DNA of 64,000 nucleotides from an uncultured Verrucomicrobiae bacterium (GTDB lineage: Bacteria; Verrucomicrobiota; Verrucomicrobiia; Opitutales; JABDGR01). Location of the stretch: assembly GCA_963765205.1 (NCBI GenBank), contig CAVXVB010000005.1, forward strand, positions 224,001 to 288,000, written 5' to 3'. Under the pieces are notes generated by a model. It had not been told where the DNA came from. It ran no database searches and saw only the letters and a list, made by a program, of their open reading frames with translations. Numbering within the stretch: the stretch's first letter is position 1; each line of letters opens with the position of its first letter. Positions 18,586-28,889 of the stretch are shown in pieces. Both the position numbers and the translations under genes were made by a program.

Positions 18586-20787
18586 TCAAAAGCTGCAGCC
18601 GACGGAGCCGAAAATCCCACGGCGCTCGCCGAATTGGGCGGCGTTGACCCCGATGCCGGAGCCGCTGCGCAATTCGTAAACTCGATCCAATAGGTTGACG
18701 AGATCAAGTCGGATATTCCACTGCGGGCCGGCGGCGGCTTTGATGTCATACTCCGCGCCGATGTTCAGGGTATAGTAAGAGGGCACATGGGAGCCGTTGG
18801 GGATGACGGAGCCGTTGGCCAACACCTCGTCTTCGCGCAGACCGCTGCCAAATAGCACATCCGTGTAAACCATGGTTTTCCCATCCGTGCGTTTCCAGGT
18901 GTAGGAAGCACCGGTGGACCCGGTCAGGGTCTGGTCGTGGTCCATATAAATCCAGTGGTCCTGGATGTAGGCCAGGTCGGCGGGGTCAATTTGGAACTGG
19001 GCGGAGTTGATATTTTCGCCCTTGGCCACGGAAAAAGCCCCGTTGGCATAGGTCGCAAAGCCGCCGTTGGTGTAACTGGTGGTCGCTTCCACGCCGTAAA
19101 TCCGGCCCTTCTGGTAGTTGAAGGCGGAAGGAATCAGCGTTTGGCCAAAAAAACCGTCGTCGAGTTGGTCTTTGGCAACTTTGTAGTAGCCATCCAGGCC
19201 CACCTGCCATTGCGGGGTCAGCTTGTGGGTGACGCCCGCGTCAAAATAATCGGCTCGCTCCGCCTTGATCGTGTCGTCTTGCGTGACCGGCGATTCGTTG
19301 GACGTGCCGTTGAAGAGGGTCACGCTGGAGGGATTGACGGACTCCAGCGGCGGCGGCGTGAAATAGCGCGCATAGCCCGCGTGCAACGTGGTGTCGTTGC
19401 TCAATTTATAGATGGCGTTGAGGCGCGGGCTGAGCTGGCTCTCGTGGTCGGCGGAAGCGTAGAGGTCCGCGCGGAAGCCGTAATTGAGCGTGAGCTTGGG
19501 CGTAATTTTCCATTCATCCTGCGCGTAGAAGCCGTAAAATTGCGCGTCCAGCGTGTGATTGTCCACAATCGGGAAGGGAGCGCCGACGGGATTGTCCGCG
19601 CCATCGAGTTCATAAACCGTCGTGGTGGTGTCGGTTGGCGCGATTTCCTCCTGCAGCATCAGGCCGGCCCGCAGCGTGTGGTTGTCGTTGAGCTGGTAGC
19701 TCGTGTCCTCCTGCAAGCCGGTCGAGTAGAGTTGCCGGTCCACCTGGCTGGCCACGCCGTTGAGGTAAAGATCGCCAACCGAGTCGGGGTTAAAATTTAT
19801 GGAGCCGTAACGGCCAAAAACCGCGACTTGCATATCCAGGTTGCCGGCGGATTTTTGATAGGCCCCGATGGCGTAAAAATTCCGTTCGTCTTGCGTCTCG
19901 TTCAAGGTGGAGGAATCAAACGCGCCCGGCCAGGGCGCCCCGCCTGGCGCGGTGCCCGCCGGCTGGCCCGGCGCGTCGGGAATCTGGAAATTGCCGCCCG
20001 AGGCGCCAACCATGCCGGTGACCTTGCTGGTGTCGCTCAAAACATACGAGACGTAGGAGAAGGCGTGGAATTGGTCCGTCTCGTCATGGATGGCCGTGGC
20101 GCTGGGCGTGGGATTTTCGAGGCCGAGGTCATTGTGGTCATAGCTGCCTTCGAAGTAATAGTTGAGCTTCCCTTCGGAGCCGCCGTATTCAAAGGAGGGC
20201 CGCACGGTGTCGTAGCTGCCGCCGTAAAACGAGACATCGCCGCCCTGGTCAAAGGCGCCGGTTTTGGTCTGGATGTCCACGATGCCGGCGGTGCGAAAGC
20301 CGTATTGCGCTGGCAGCGAACCGGTGATGAGCTGCAGGCTGTCCACGAACCGCGGGTCGAGTTCCTGCCCGAAGCCCCCGGGAATGCCCTCGGGCAGCAG
20401 CACGTCGTTGATGCGGTATTGCAGGTTGGCGTGCTCGCCCCGCAGATGCACCTGGCCGCCCCAGTCCTCGGCCATGCCCGGCGTGCGCAACAGGACTTGG
20501 TCAAACGGAGCGTCGGCCCCCTCCGGTTCCGTTTCGATTTGATCCTTGGTCACGGTATAGGTCGTCGCCCCCAAACTGGACACAATTTCGCTGCGCGCCT
20601 CGTTGAGCATGCCGATGACGGTGATGTTGCCGAGGTCGGCGGGCGTGGGCGCGGGTGCAGTCGCATTGCCGGAAGCCGGCGCGGACGCGGAACCGGCGGC
20701 GGGCGCGGTGGTTTGGGCGCGCCCGGCGAGAAAACCCGGGAGCAGCAGAAGGACGGCGAATTTGCGGGAGCGATGGCGGGGGAGCAT
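18586..20787 (-). CDS. TonB-dependent receptor
   Basis: Signal peptide; plug HLRGEHANLQYRIN; SPRLN; NLLDRVY; terminal Phe. Confidence 0.9.
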   Translation of the reverse strand: MLPRHRSRKFAVLLLLPGFLAGRAQTTAPAAGSASAPASGNATAPAPTPADLGNITVIGMLNEARSEIVSSLGATTYTVTKDQIETEPEGADAPFDQVLLRTPGMAEDWGGQVHLRGEHANLQYRINDVLLPEGIPGGFGQELDPRFVDSLQLITGSLPAQYGFRTAGIVDIQTKTGAFDQGGDVSFYGGSYDTVRPSFEYGGSEGKLNYYFEGSYDHNDLGLENPTPSATAIHDETDQFHAFSYVSYVLSDTSKVTGMVGASGGNFQIPDAPGQPAGTAPGGAPWPGAFDSSTLNETQDERNFYAIGAYQKSAGNLDMQVAVFGRYGSINFNPDSVGDLYLNGVASQVDRQLYSTGLQEDTSYQLNDNHTLRAGLMLQEEIAPTDTTTTVYELDGADNPVGAPFPIVDNHTLDAQFYGFYAQDEWKITPKLTLNYGFRADLYASADHESQLSPRLNAIYKLSNDTTLHAGYARYFTPPPLESVNPSSVTLFNGTSNESPVTQDDTIKAERADYFDAGVTHKLTPQWQVGLDGYYKVAKDQLDDGFFGQTLIPSAFNYQKGRIYGVEATTSYTNGGFATYANGAFSVAKGENINSAQFQIDPADLAYIQDHWIYMDHDQTLTGSTGASYTWKRTDGKTMVYTDVLFGSGLREDEVLANGSVIPNGSHVPSYYTLNIGAEYDIKAAAGPQWNIRLDLVNLLDRVYELRSGSGIGVNAAQFGERRGIFGSVGCSF

Positions 20788-20907
20788 AAAATTCCCGCGA
20801 AAATGTTGCTAACGCAAAACTATTGCAAGAACAAAATTTACGCAATTATTCGCTTTAATTTCCGGATGAAAGCCCGCCGCCCGCCCACCCGCCCTCTTCT
20901 TGCAACT

Positions 20908-23900
20908 TTACGGCGCCGGCTCGACCACCAGGCGCAGGAAGACCGTGCCGTTGGCCGGGATGGCGATGCTGGCGGAGAATTGCTCGGTCTGCTGGTTGGG
21001 GTCGGCCAGTTGCACCACCGCGCCGTTGGGCAGCGTTTGCCACGTCACCAAATCATAGGAGTATTGCGCGACCAACTGGACGCCGGTGAGGCCGATCAGC
21101 TGGTTGTATTGCAACACGAGGCAGGGTGCATTGTTGACCGTTTGCACCGAAAGCGCGGGCAAGTCGCCCGGCGCGGGCGTGGCGCCGACATTCATCGCAT
21201 AGCGCACGAGGTTGGGGAGCGTGTCGTTGAAGGGCTGCGCGTTCGGCAGCGCGCTCGCGCCCGCCAAGTTCAACGCCGCGGCCCAGGTGAGATAGCCCGC
21301 CGGCACAACGTAAAGCGTCGCCGCGGCGGACGTGACGACGGAGCTGACGCCGTTGCCCGCCACACACTGGAACTGGCTGCCGCTTTCCGCCGTGGTGGTG
21401 TTGCTGACGGTCAGAGTCGAAGTGTTTGATCCGGTGAAGTTGACGCCATCGTCGGTGAGGTTGGCCCACGTCGAACTGCCGGGGGCGAGGATCTGCCACT
21501 GATAGGAAATCGTGTCCGGCACGCCCGCCGCGACGACGGTGAATTCCGCGCTGCCGCCGGCGGCCACCAATTGGTTGCCCGGCGGCGTGATGAAGCTGGG
21601 CGGCGTGTCGAGCAACATCACGGCGGCATTCGAGGTGGCGTTGCCGAGCAGGTTGCTCGCCACGCACTCGAATTGGTCGCCATTCATGGCCGCCGTCGCG
21701 GCATTGATGGTCAGGCTCGCAGTGGCCGAGCCGTTGTAAGTTGCATCATCCGTCAGATTGGCCCAGACACTCCCGCCGCTAGGCAGGATTTGCCATTGTA
21801 AAGTCGGCGCGGGCACCCCGCTGACCACTACGGAGAATTCCACATTGTCACCCGCATTGAAATCCTGATTCGTTGGCTGCGCCGTGAAGGCCGGCAGCGA
21901 AACCACTGTCAGCGTAACGGGGTTGGACGTGACGTTGCCAGCCGCATTGCTGACAAAAACCTGGAATTGGTCGCCGTTCATGGCCGCCGTGGTGTCATTG
22001 ACGGTGAGATTAGCCGTGGCCGAGCCATTATAGGTTGTATTATCGGTGAGGTTCTCCCAAGTGTTGCCGCCGCCAGCCAGAATTTGCCATTGGACTGTTG
22101 GCGACGGGACGCCGCTGGCCGCGACGCTGAAGGTGGCGTTGCTCCCGACCTCGACCGTCGTGTTGGCCGGGGGCGTGGTAATCGCCGGAGGCGACTGCAC
22201 GCTCAACGTAACGGTATTCGAGGTGACGTTGCCCACCGCGTTGCTGATGAGGCACTGGAACTGAGCGCCGTTCATGGCTGAAGTCGTGGCGTTGATGGTC
22301 AGGTTCGCCGTGGCCGAGCCGTTGTAAGTCGCGTTATCGGTGAGGTTGGCCCAGATGCTGCCCCCGCTGGACAAATACTGCCATTGGTAGGTGGGCGCCG
22401 GCACGCCGGTGGCCGTGACGCTAAAGGTGGCGTTGCTTCCGACCTCGACTGTCGTGTTGGCCGGCGGCGTGGAGATGGCCGGCAGCGTATTGAGGAGCAT
22501 CACCGCGGTATTCGAGGTGATGTTGCCGAGCAGGTTGCTCGCCACGCATTGGAATTGGTCGCCATTCATATCCGCAGTCGCGCTGTTGATGGTCAGCATC
22601 ACGGTGGCTGAGCCATTATAGGTCGCGTCATCCGTCAAGTTGGCCCAAACGCTGCCGCCGCTGGGCAGGCGCTGCCATTGCAGGGTCGGCGCGGGCACCC
22701 CGCTGACCACCACATTTAACACCACATTATCACCCGTGTTGTAATCCTGATCCGCCGGCTGCGTGGTGAAGACCGGCGGCGACTGCACCGTGAGGGTGAC
22801 GATGTTGGAAGTGAGGTTGCCGAAATTGTTGCTGATGAGGGCGCGGAATTGGTTGCCGTTCATCGCGGAGGTCGTCGCGTTGATCGTCAAGTTGGCCGTG
22901 GCCGAACCGTGGTAAGTTGCATTATCGGTGAGGTTGGCCCAGACGCTGCCGCCGCTGATTAGGATCTGCCACAAGATCGTTGGCGTAGGTATGCCGGTGT
23001 CTGCCACACTGAACGTGGCCGGGCCGCCCACCGTCACCGTCTCATTCGCGGGCTGGCTGGTGAAAGCCGGCGCTTCTGCCTGGACCGTCAGCGTCGCGGT
23101 GTTCGAGGTGACATTGCCGGCCGCGTTGCTGACGACGCACTGAAACTCGTCGCCGTTCATGGCAGCCGTGGTGTCGTTGATGGTCAGGTTGGCCGTCGCC
23201 GAGCCGTTGTAGGTGTCATCATCAGTCAAATTGGCCCACGTGTCACCGCCGCTGGGCAGCACCTGCCATTGGTAGGTGGGCGTCGGCACACCCGTGGCGG
23301 ACACGCTGAATTCCGCGGAATTGCCGGCGATAACAGTGGCATTGGCGGGCTGGTTTTGGATGCTGGGCGCGGCCGCCAACTGCGCCAGGCGGATGGTGTC
23401 GTTATACGTATCGGCAATATAAAGATTGCCCGAGCCGGCCACGGCCAAACCGTAGGGCTGGTTGAAAGTGGCCGCGCTGCCCACGCCGTTGGCGCTGCCC
23501 TCGACACCCGGCGAACCCGCCAGCGTCGTCACCACGCCCGCGGGCGTGATTTTGCGGATGGCGTTGTTGTTGGTGTCGGCCACGTAGAGGTTGCCCCCGC
23601 TGTCTATGGCGATGCCACTGGGGAAATTGAATCGTGCAGTCGTGCCCGTGCCATCGGCCACCCCTTGATACGGCGGGTTTCCAGCGAAGGTCGTGACCGT
23701 CCCGGTCGGCGTGATTTTGCGGATGGCGTTGTTGTTCGAGTCGGCCACGTAAACATTGCCGCCCGAATCCACGCAGACCTCCGACGGAAAATTGAAAGTG
23801 GCGCTCGTGCCATTGCCGTCGGCATAGCCCGCCACATCGGCCTGCCCCGCCAGCGTTGTCACGCTGCCCGCCGGGGTGATTTTGCGGATGAGGTCGTTCT

Positions 23901-26847
23901 CCGTGTCGGCCACATACACGTTCCCGCCGGAGTCCACCGCCACGCCTTCCGGAAAGTCGAACGACGCGGCTTCCCCGCTTCCATTGCGGCTGCCCGACTC
24001 GCCAGAACTTGAGCCGGCGAAAGTGGTTACATTGCCTGCGGGGGTGATCTTGCGGATGGCGTTGTTGGTCGAGTCGGCCACATACATATTCCCGCCTGCG
24101 TCAAACGCGACCGCTTTTACTGCGTCAAACCGCGCCTCCGTCGTGGTGCCGTTCATATAGCCGGCATCCGTAATGCTGGCCGTGGCGCTTGCGCCGGAAC
24201 CGCCGCCGCCAGACAGGGTCACGTTCGGAGCCGAGGTGTAGAAATTGCCGGAATTGGTGATGTTGATGCCAGTCACGTCCCCAGGGCCGACGGTGGCCGT
24301 GGCGCTCGCACCCGAGCCAGCGCCATGCCTGCTAGACGACAGAGTCACATTCGGTGCCGAGGTGTAGCCGCCGCCGGGATTGGTGATGGTGATGCCGGTC
24401 ACGGCCCCGCCGCTGACACTGGCCGTCGCCTCCGCGCCGCTGCCTCCGCCACCAGAGAAGGCGACCGTCGGTGCCGAGGTATACCCGCTGCCAGGTTTGG
24501 TGACGTTGATGTTGGTCACCGGCCCGCCGCTAAAGGTGGCCGTCGCCACCGCACCGGTGCCCCCGCCGCCAGAGAGGGTAACCGTCGGTGCCGAAGTGTA
24601 GTTGGAGCCACCGGCGACGAGTGTAATGGTGTTCACCCCGTAGTTGAAGCCGGCGAAGTTGGTGACCTCGCCCGCCGGCGTGATTTTGCGCACACCGTTG
24701 TTCGCAAAGTCGGCGACGTAAACGTTGCCGCCGGAGTCGAGCGCCACTTCGTTCGGGGCGTCGAATTGTGCGGCTGTCCCCATCCCGTTTGCCGTGCCGG
24801 TAACGCCCGCCTGCCCGGCGAAGGTGGATATATAAAATTCCTGGGCCACGACTTCGAGCGTCGCGGCGGGCGTTGTGACATCGCCATTGATAATGCACTG
24901 GAATTGGTCGCCGCTTATCGCTGTCGTCACCGCGTTCACGGACAGCACGGCCGTCGTCACGCCGCTGTAGGTGGCGTTGTTCGTCAGGTTGGCCCAGGTG
25001 GTCGTATTCGCGGCCAGCACTTGCCATTGGAAGGAAGTGGCGTTATGCGTGATGGGACTAAAGAGCGCGTCCTGCCCGGGCGCGACCGTCACGCTTTGCG
25101 GCGCCTCGACCACCGTGGTGAGTTCTTGGAATAAGGCGGGAAAAACTGGGCGGCCAATACCGGTGCACATATCGTAGCCGAGGCCGGCACTGTAGGCGCC
25201 ATTGTTGCCGCTGATGATGTCAGAAAAACAATCGGAACCGAGCAGAGGATAAATCTTGGGGCCGAGCAGTCCAAGCGTGGTGGGTGGGTTGTTGGTGGCA
25301 AGGGCCTGGTTGATCAGCGTGGCAAAGCCCGCCCAGGTCGGCGCGCCCCAACTCGTGCCGCCGATGGTCTCATTGGCACCGTTGATGACAATCAGGCACC
25401 CGGTAGCGGTGTCGGCTGGCGCCGCGACATCCGGCACCATGCGATTCTGGTTCGCCCCCAGCACGCCGGTGCCAGTCTGCCAGACCGGCTTGGCATACAC
25501 CGCGCTCTGGCCGCCGCCCGAAGCACCGAACGCATCATTCCACACGGTTTCGCTGGTGACATTCCCCGTCGTGGTATTCAGCGTGATGTTGGTGCCGCCG
25601 ACGCCCGTCACATTCGGATCGCTGGCCGGGCTTTCCGCACCCGGTGACGAGCCGTCGTCGCCCGAGGACACAAAGACCGTGAGGCCCGCGCTCGCCAATT
25701 GGGCGAAGTCCTGGTCGTCCGTGGCCATGGAGGCCAGGCTGCCCTCGGATCCGCCAATACTGATTGAGACAACGTGGATGCCAAACGCCAGGGTCGTATT
25801 GGTGGCGTCATTGTAAATTTGTTGGTAGGCGGCCACCAAATCCGTGTCGTCGAGGGCCGGAATTGCGTACACCCGAATTTTTGCGGCGGGGGCAATCGAA
25901 CTGCTCCACTCCACATCCAGACTGGCCTCCGTATAATCATCCACAATGCTCGGATCGCTGGCATTGAAGGCCGGCGGGCCGCCGTTGATTTCCTCCTCCG
26001 TAATATTCGCTAGCGACTGGCTGATGTTGCAGGTGGTCCAAAACTGCGTGAGGTCGCTGGTAAAGGGATAGGCCGATATGACGATGGCGATGGTCTGGCC
26101 GGCGCCGGTCTGGCTCAGCGTGTTCGCACCGTAGGCGTGCAGGATGTCACTCGGAATATACGGCACCGCATAGGGCGAGGTCGCCGAATCCGGGCGCGCC
26201 AGCATCGGGTGCTTGCGCAAATGCGGCTGCAGGCCATTGACGCCGATCAACGCCGGGGCCAGTTCCGCGGGCACGCTCGGCGCAGTGATGGCCGAAGTGA
26301 ACTCCGCGCCCTCGTTCGCCACGCGCGCGAAGGAAACCTGGAACGCATCGCGCACCTGCGCCACCGTCCCACGGGCAAAAATGACGAAGCCGCCCGATTC
26401 CGGGCTGAGCGTGAAACCTTGCTGGGTAAGCCAGTTCGCCGTCGCGGCGTAATCCTCCGGCAGCGGCCAGTAGCGCGCGGCCATTTCCGCGGGGTCCATC
26501 GTCTCGCCGTGGGCCAGCCGCGCCTCCAACTCCGCAAAGTTGCGCATTTTCAGGGCGACATTGAAGGTCATCGTCGCATCCAATTCATCCGTCCGCAATT
26601 CCGTGCGTGTGATGCGCGGCCCGGTCGCGCCCGTCTGCGCGTTGGCCGGAACCGCCTTGATGCTGCCGTTCAGCACCGCGCGGCCGCCGCCGCCGTTATC
26701 CGGCGCATCCGCCGCCGCCGCTCCCGGATGCGGCGTCATCCCAAGCAGCGCCACCAGCATGGCCGCGCCGAAACCGCGCACGCCCGACCCCAGCCACCGG
26801 CGCACGCTTGCAGCAACCCCGAAAACTTTCGGCGATAAACATCCCAT
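20908..26847 (-). CDS. Large secreted sedolisin (peptidase S53) with pro-domain, NHL beta-propeller, eight Ig-like domains and a conserved C-terminal domain; start uncertain (26847 or 26868)
   Basis: S53 motifs [39 protein letters not shown] repeats ([20 protein letters not shown]); ~98-aa Ig repeats (QWQ...LTIN...NGDQFQC..SN..G). Confidence 0.9.
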   Translation of the reverse strand: MGCLSPKVFGVAASVRRWLGSGVRGFGAAMLVALLGMTPHPGAAAADAPDNGGGGRAVLNGSIKAVPANAQTGATGPRITRTELRTDELDATMTFNVALKMRNFAELEARLAHGETMDPAEMAARYWPLPEDYAATANWLTQQGFTLSPESGGFVIFARGTVAQVRDAFQVSFARVANEGAEFTSAITAPSVPAELAPALIGVNGLQPHLRKHPMLARPDSATSPYAVPYIPSDILHAYGANTLSQTGAGQTIAIVISAYPFTSDLTQFWTTCNISQSLANITEEEINGGPPAFNASDPSIVDDYTEASLDVEWSSSIAPAAKIRVYAIPALDDTDLVAAYQQIYNDATNTTLAFGIHVVSISIGGSEGSLASMATDDQDFAQLASAGLTVFVSSGDDGSSPGAESPASDPNVTGVGGTNITLNTTTGNVTSETVWNDAFGASGGGQSAVYAKPVWQTGTGVLGANQNRMVPDVAAPADTATGCLIVINGANETIGGTSWGAPTWAGFATLINQALATNNPPTTLGLLGPKIYPLLGSDCFSDIISGNNGAYSAGLGYDMCTGIGRPVFPALFQELTTVVEAPQSVTVAPGQDALFSPITHNATSFQWQVLAANTTTWANLTNNATYSGVTTAVLSVNAVTTAISGDQFQCIINGDVTTPAATLEVVAQEFYISTFAGQAGVTGTANGMGTAAQFDAPNEVALDSGGNVYVADFANNGVRKITPAGEVTNFAGFNYGVNTITLVAGGSNYTSAPTVTLSGGGGTGAVATATFSGGPVTNINVTKPGSGYTSAPTVAFSGGGGSGAEATASVSGGAVTGITITNPGGGYTSAPNVTLSSSRHGAGSGASATATVGPGDVTGINITNSGNFYTSAPNVTLSGGGGSGASATASITDAGYMNGTTTEARFDAVKAVAFDAGGNMYVADSTNNAIRKITPAGNVTTFAGSSSGESGSRNGSGEAASFDFPEGVAVDSGGNVYVADTENDLIRKITPAGSVTTLAGQADVAGYADGNGTSATFNFPSEVCVDSGGNVYVADSNNNAIRKITPTGTVTTFAGNPPYQGVADGTGTTARFNFPSGIAIDSGGNLYVADTNNNAIRKITPAGVVTTLAGSPGVEGSANGVGSAATFNQPYGLAVAGSGNLYIADTYNDTIRLAQLAAAPSIQNQPANATVIAGNSAEFSVSATGVPTPTYQWQVLPSGGDTWANLTDDDTYNGSATANLTINDTTAAMNGDEFQCVVSNAAGNVTSNTATLTVQAEAPAFTSQPANETVTVGGPATFSVADTGIPTPTILWQILISGGSVWANLTDNATYHGSATANLTINATTSAMNGNQFRALISNNFGNLTSNIVTLTVQSPPVFTTQPADQDYNTGDNVVLNVVVSGVPAPTLQWQRLPSGGSVWANLTDDATYNGSATVMLTINSATADMNGDQFQCVASNLLGNITSNTAVMLLNTLPAISTPPANTTVEVGSNATFSVTATGVPAPTYQWQYLSSGGSIWANLTDNATYNGSATANLTINATTSAMNGAQFQCLISNAVGNVTSNTVTLSVQSPPAITTPPANTTVEVGSNATFSVAASGVPSPTVQWQILAGGGNTWENLTDNTTYNGSATANLTVNDTTAAMNGDQFQVFVSNAAGNVTSNPVTLTVVSLPAFTAQPTNQDFNAGDNVEFSVVVSGVPAPTLQWQILPSGGSVWANLTDDATYNGSATASLTINAATAAMNGDQFECVASNLLGNATSNAAVMLLDTPPSFITPPGNQLVAAGGSAEFTVVAAGVPDTISYQWQILAPGSSTWANLTDDGVNFTGSNTSTLTVSNTTTAESGSQFQCVAGNGVSSVVTSAAATLYVVPAGYLTWAAALNLAGASALPNAQPFNDTLPNLVRYAMNVGATPAPGDLPALSVQTVNNAPCLVLQYNQLIGLTGVQLVAQYSYDLVTWQTLPNGAVVQLADPNQQTEQFSASIAIPANGTVFLRLVVEPAP

Positions 26848-26992
26848 TTCGTTGGCAGATTTAGACAAACGACACCCGGCGGCGTTCCATTTTTCGGGGC
26901 TTGGCGCACCGGCGTTTTTATTAAAATATAAGCCTATCGCGGCCCGCCTTGCTTTTCAAGGCTAAAGGGCCGTTAAATAAGTGTAAATCCCC

Positions 26993-27733
26993 ATGGAAGC
27001 CGACGCCGTCAAAGACTACTACAACCTGCCGGGTGTCGTCGCGGACTACGCACAGGCCGTCAGCCGCGTCGGGCTGTGGCGCTCGGAGGAAAAGATTTTC
27101 AAACGCCTGTTTCAGCCGGAGCAGACGCTGCTCGAGCTCGGCTGCGGCACCGGTCGCATCGCCTTCGGCCTGTGGGAACTCGGCTACCGGCGCCTCTTGG
27201 GCGTGGACCTCGCGCGCGACATGGTCGAGGAGGCCCGGCGCATCAACCGCGTGCTCGAATACGGCGTCAGCTTCCGCGTGGCCGACGCCGCGCGCCTGCC
27301 GTTTGGCGACGGCGAATTCGACGGCGCAATCTTCGGCTTCAATGGCCTGATGACCATCCCGCGCCGTGACCACCGCCGCGCCGCCCTGCGCGAAATCCGC
27401 CGCGTCACGCGCCCCGGCGCCTGGTTCGCCTTCACCACCCACAACCGCGCCAGCCTTCATTTCCACGACTTTTGGATCGCCGAGGAACAACGCTGGAAAG
27501 AGGGAAAGCAAACGCCCGGCCTCGACGAATTCGGCGACCGCATTATTGAAAGTCCGCATGGCCCGCTCTTCATCCACATCCCGACGCGCGAGGAAATCCT
27601 CGAAGACCTGGCCGCCACCGGCTGGCGTCACGAAGTGGACGCCCTCCGCGCCGAAATCGCCAACGAACCCGAGACCGTCCGCGGCTTCGGCGACGACTGC
27701 ATCTTCTGGGTCGCGCAGAATCCGAAAGCATAA
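26993..27733 (+). CDS. Class I SAM-dependent methyltransferase
   Basis: LLELGCGTGR, GVDLA, ADAARLPF, RVTRPG. Confidence 0.88.
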   Translation: MEADAVKDYYNLPGVVADYAQAVSRVGLWRSEEKIFKRLFQPEQTLLELGCGTGRIAFGLWELGYRRLLGVDLARDMVEEARRINRVLEYGVSFRVADAARLPFGDGEFDGAIFGFNGLMTIPRRDHRRAALREIRRVTRPGAWFAFTTHNRASLHFHDFWIAEEQRWKEGKQTPGLDEFGDRIIESPHGPLFIHIPTREEILEDLAATGWRHEVDALRAEIANEPETVRGFGDDCIFWVAQNPKA

Positions 27734-27816
27734 AATTTAACCACGGATGACACGGAGAACACGGAGGAAATGTAGTTTCGGGTTGAATTCCCTCCGTGTC
27801 CTCCGTGGTTAAATTT
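27733..27816. repeat. Inverted repeat built of 9-bp units between convergent genes; may act as a bidirectional terminator
   Basis: AAATTTAACCACGGA (27733-27747) / TCCGTGGTTAAATTT (27802-27816); units ACCACGGAT-GACACGGAG-AACACGGAG. Confidence 0.75.
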
Positions 27817-27833
27817 CTGGGTTTAATATCTCG

Positions 27834-28698
27834 TTACTTCAACGCCTCGGCGTCCAAAAAATATTCCCCGACGCGCGTGGCCGGGCCGGTCATGGTGATG
27901 GCGTAGTCGTCCGCGACTTTGATTTTCAAATTGCCGCCGGGCATGTGGACGGTGATGGCGCCGTCGCACACGCCCATTTTGCGCGCGACCGCCGCCGCCG
28001 CGCTGCCTCGAGCTGCCCGAGGCCAGCGTGTAGCCCGCGCCGCGCTCCCAGATTTCGATCTGGATGTTCGCGCGGTCGAGCACCTTCAAAAATTGCACGT
28101 TCGTGCGGTTGGGGAACAGCGGATGCGTTTCAAAGCGCGGCCCGAATTCGCGCGCCAGCTCCGGCGAAATCTCCGGCAGCGGCAGCACGCAGTGCGGGTT
28201 GCCCACCGTCGCCGCGTAGTAGCGGAATTTGCGCCCGGCGATTTCGATTTCCTGGTCGAGCATCTCGCGCGGCGGCAGGATTTTCACCGGGATGTCCGCG
28301 CTGTGGAAGCTCACGCGGCCCATCTCGACCGTGATTTGCTTCCCGCGCGCGCCGACCCGGCACGTCACCACGCCGCCGGGCGTATGCACGGTGAAGGGCT
28401 GGTCGCGCACGCGCCGGCGATCCCACAAATACCGCGCGAAAATCCGCAGGCCGTTGCCGCTTTTTTCCGCCTCGCTGCCGTCGGGGTTGAAAATCCGCAG
28501 GCCGAAATCTGCGTTCTTGCTTGGCAGCGGCCCGTAGAGAATCCCGTCCGACCCCAGGCCGAAATTGCGGTGGCAGATGCGGACGATGCGGGCGGGCGCC
28601 GGCGCGCGTGGAGCATCCCGCGGGTCGAGCACGAGGTAATCGTTGCCGAGCGCGTGGTATTTCCAGAAACGGACGGGTTGGGCGGGCCGGTGTCTCAT
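27834..28698 (-). CDS. dapF: Diaminopimelate epimerase, Ser/Ser active-site variant (one-base frameshift at ~28006)
   Basis: KYHALGNDY, GLGSDG, FNPDGSEAEKSGNG, VGNPHCV, FPNRTNVQF, WERGAG. The C-terminus MPGGNL...MTGPA continues in another frame to TAA at 27834-27836. Confidence 0.88.
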
Positions 28699-28700
28699 CC

Positions 28701-28729
28701 TTGACACCGTGGCAAGGGCGGGGTAAATT
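28701..28729 (+). promoter_or_regulatory. Sigma70-type promoter for tRNA-Leu
   Basis: TTGACA-17 nt-TAAATT upstream of the tRNA. Confidence 0.65.
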
Positions 28730-28774
28730 CGCAACCCTTTGTTAGGCATTCCGGCCCGCCGGATGCCGCGACAG

Positions 28775-28859
28775 GCTCGGGTGGCGGAATTGGCAGACGC
28801 GTACGCCTCAGGAGCGTATATCTTACGATGTAAGGGTTCGACTCCCTTCCCGAGCACCA
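28775..28859 (+). tRNA. tRNA-Leu (anticodon CAG)
   Basis: Acceptor GCTCGGG/CCCGAGC + ACCA, D-loop GGAATTGGCAGAC, anticodon arm TACGC-CTCAGGA-GCGTA, long variable arm, T-loop GGTTCGACTCC. Confidence 0.96.
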
Positions 28860-28889
28860 TTTTTTCTCACTGCAAAGTCTTGACCGGCA

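Noticed and set aside
21300..23370. CRISPR-like periodic repeats
   Set aside because: The ~294-bp period encodes Ig domains within one ORF; there is no repeat-spacer structure and no cas gene.
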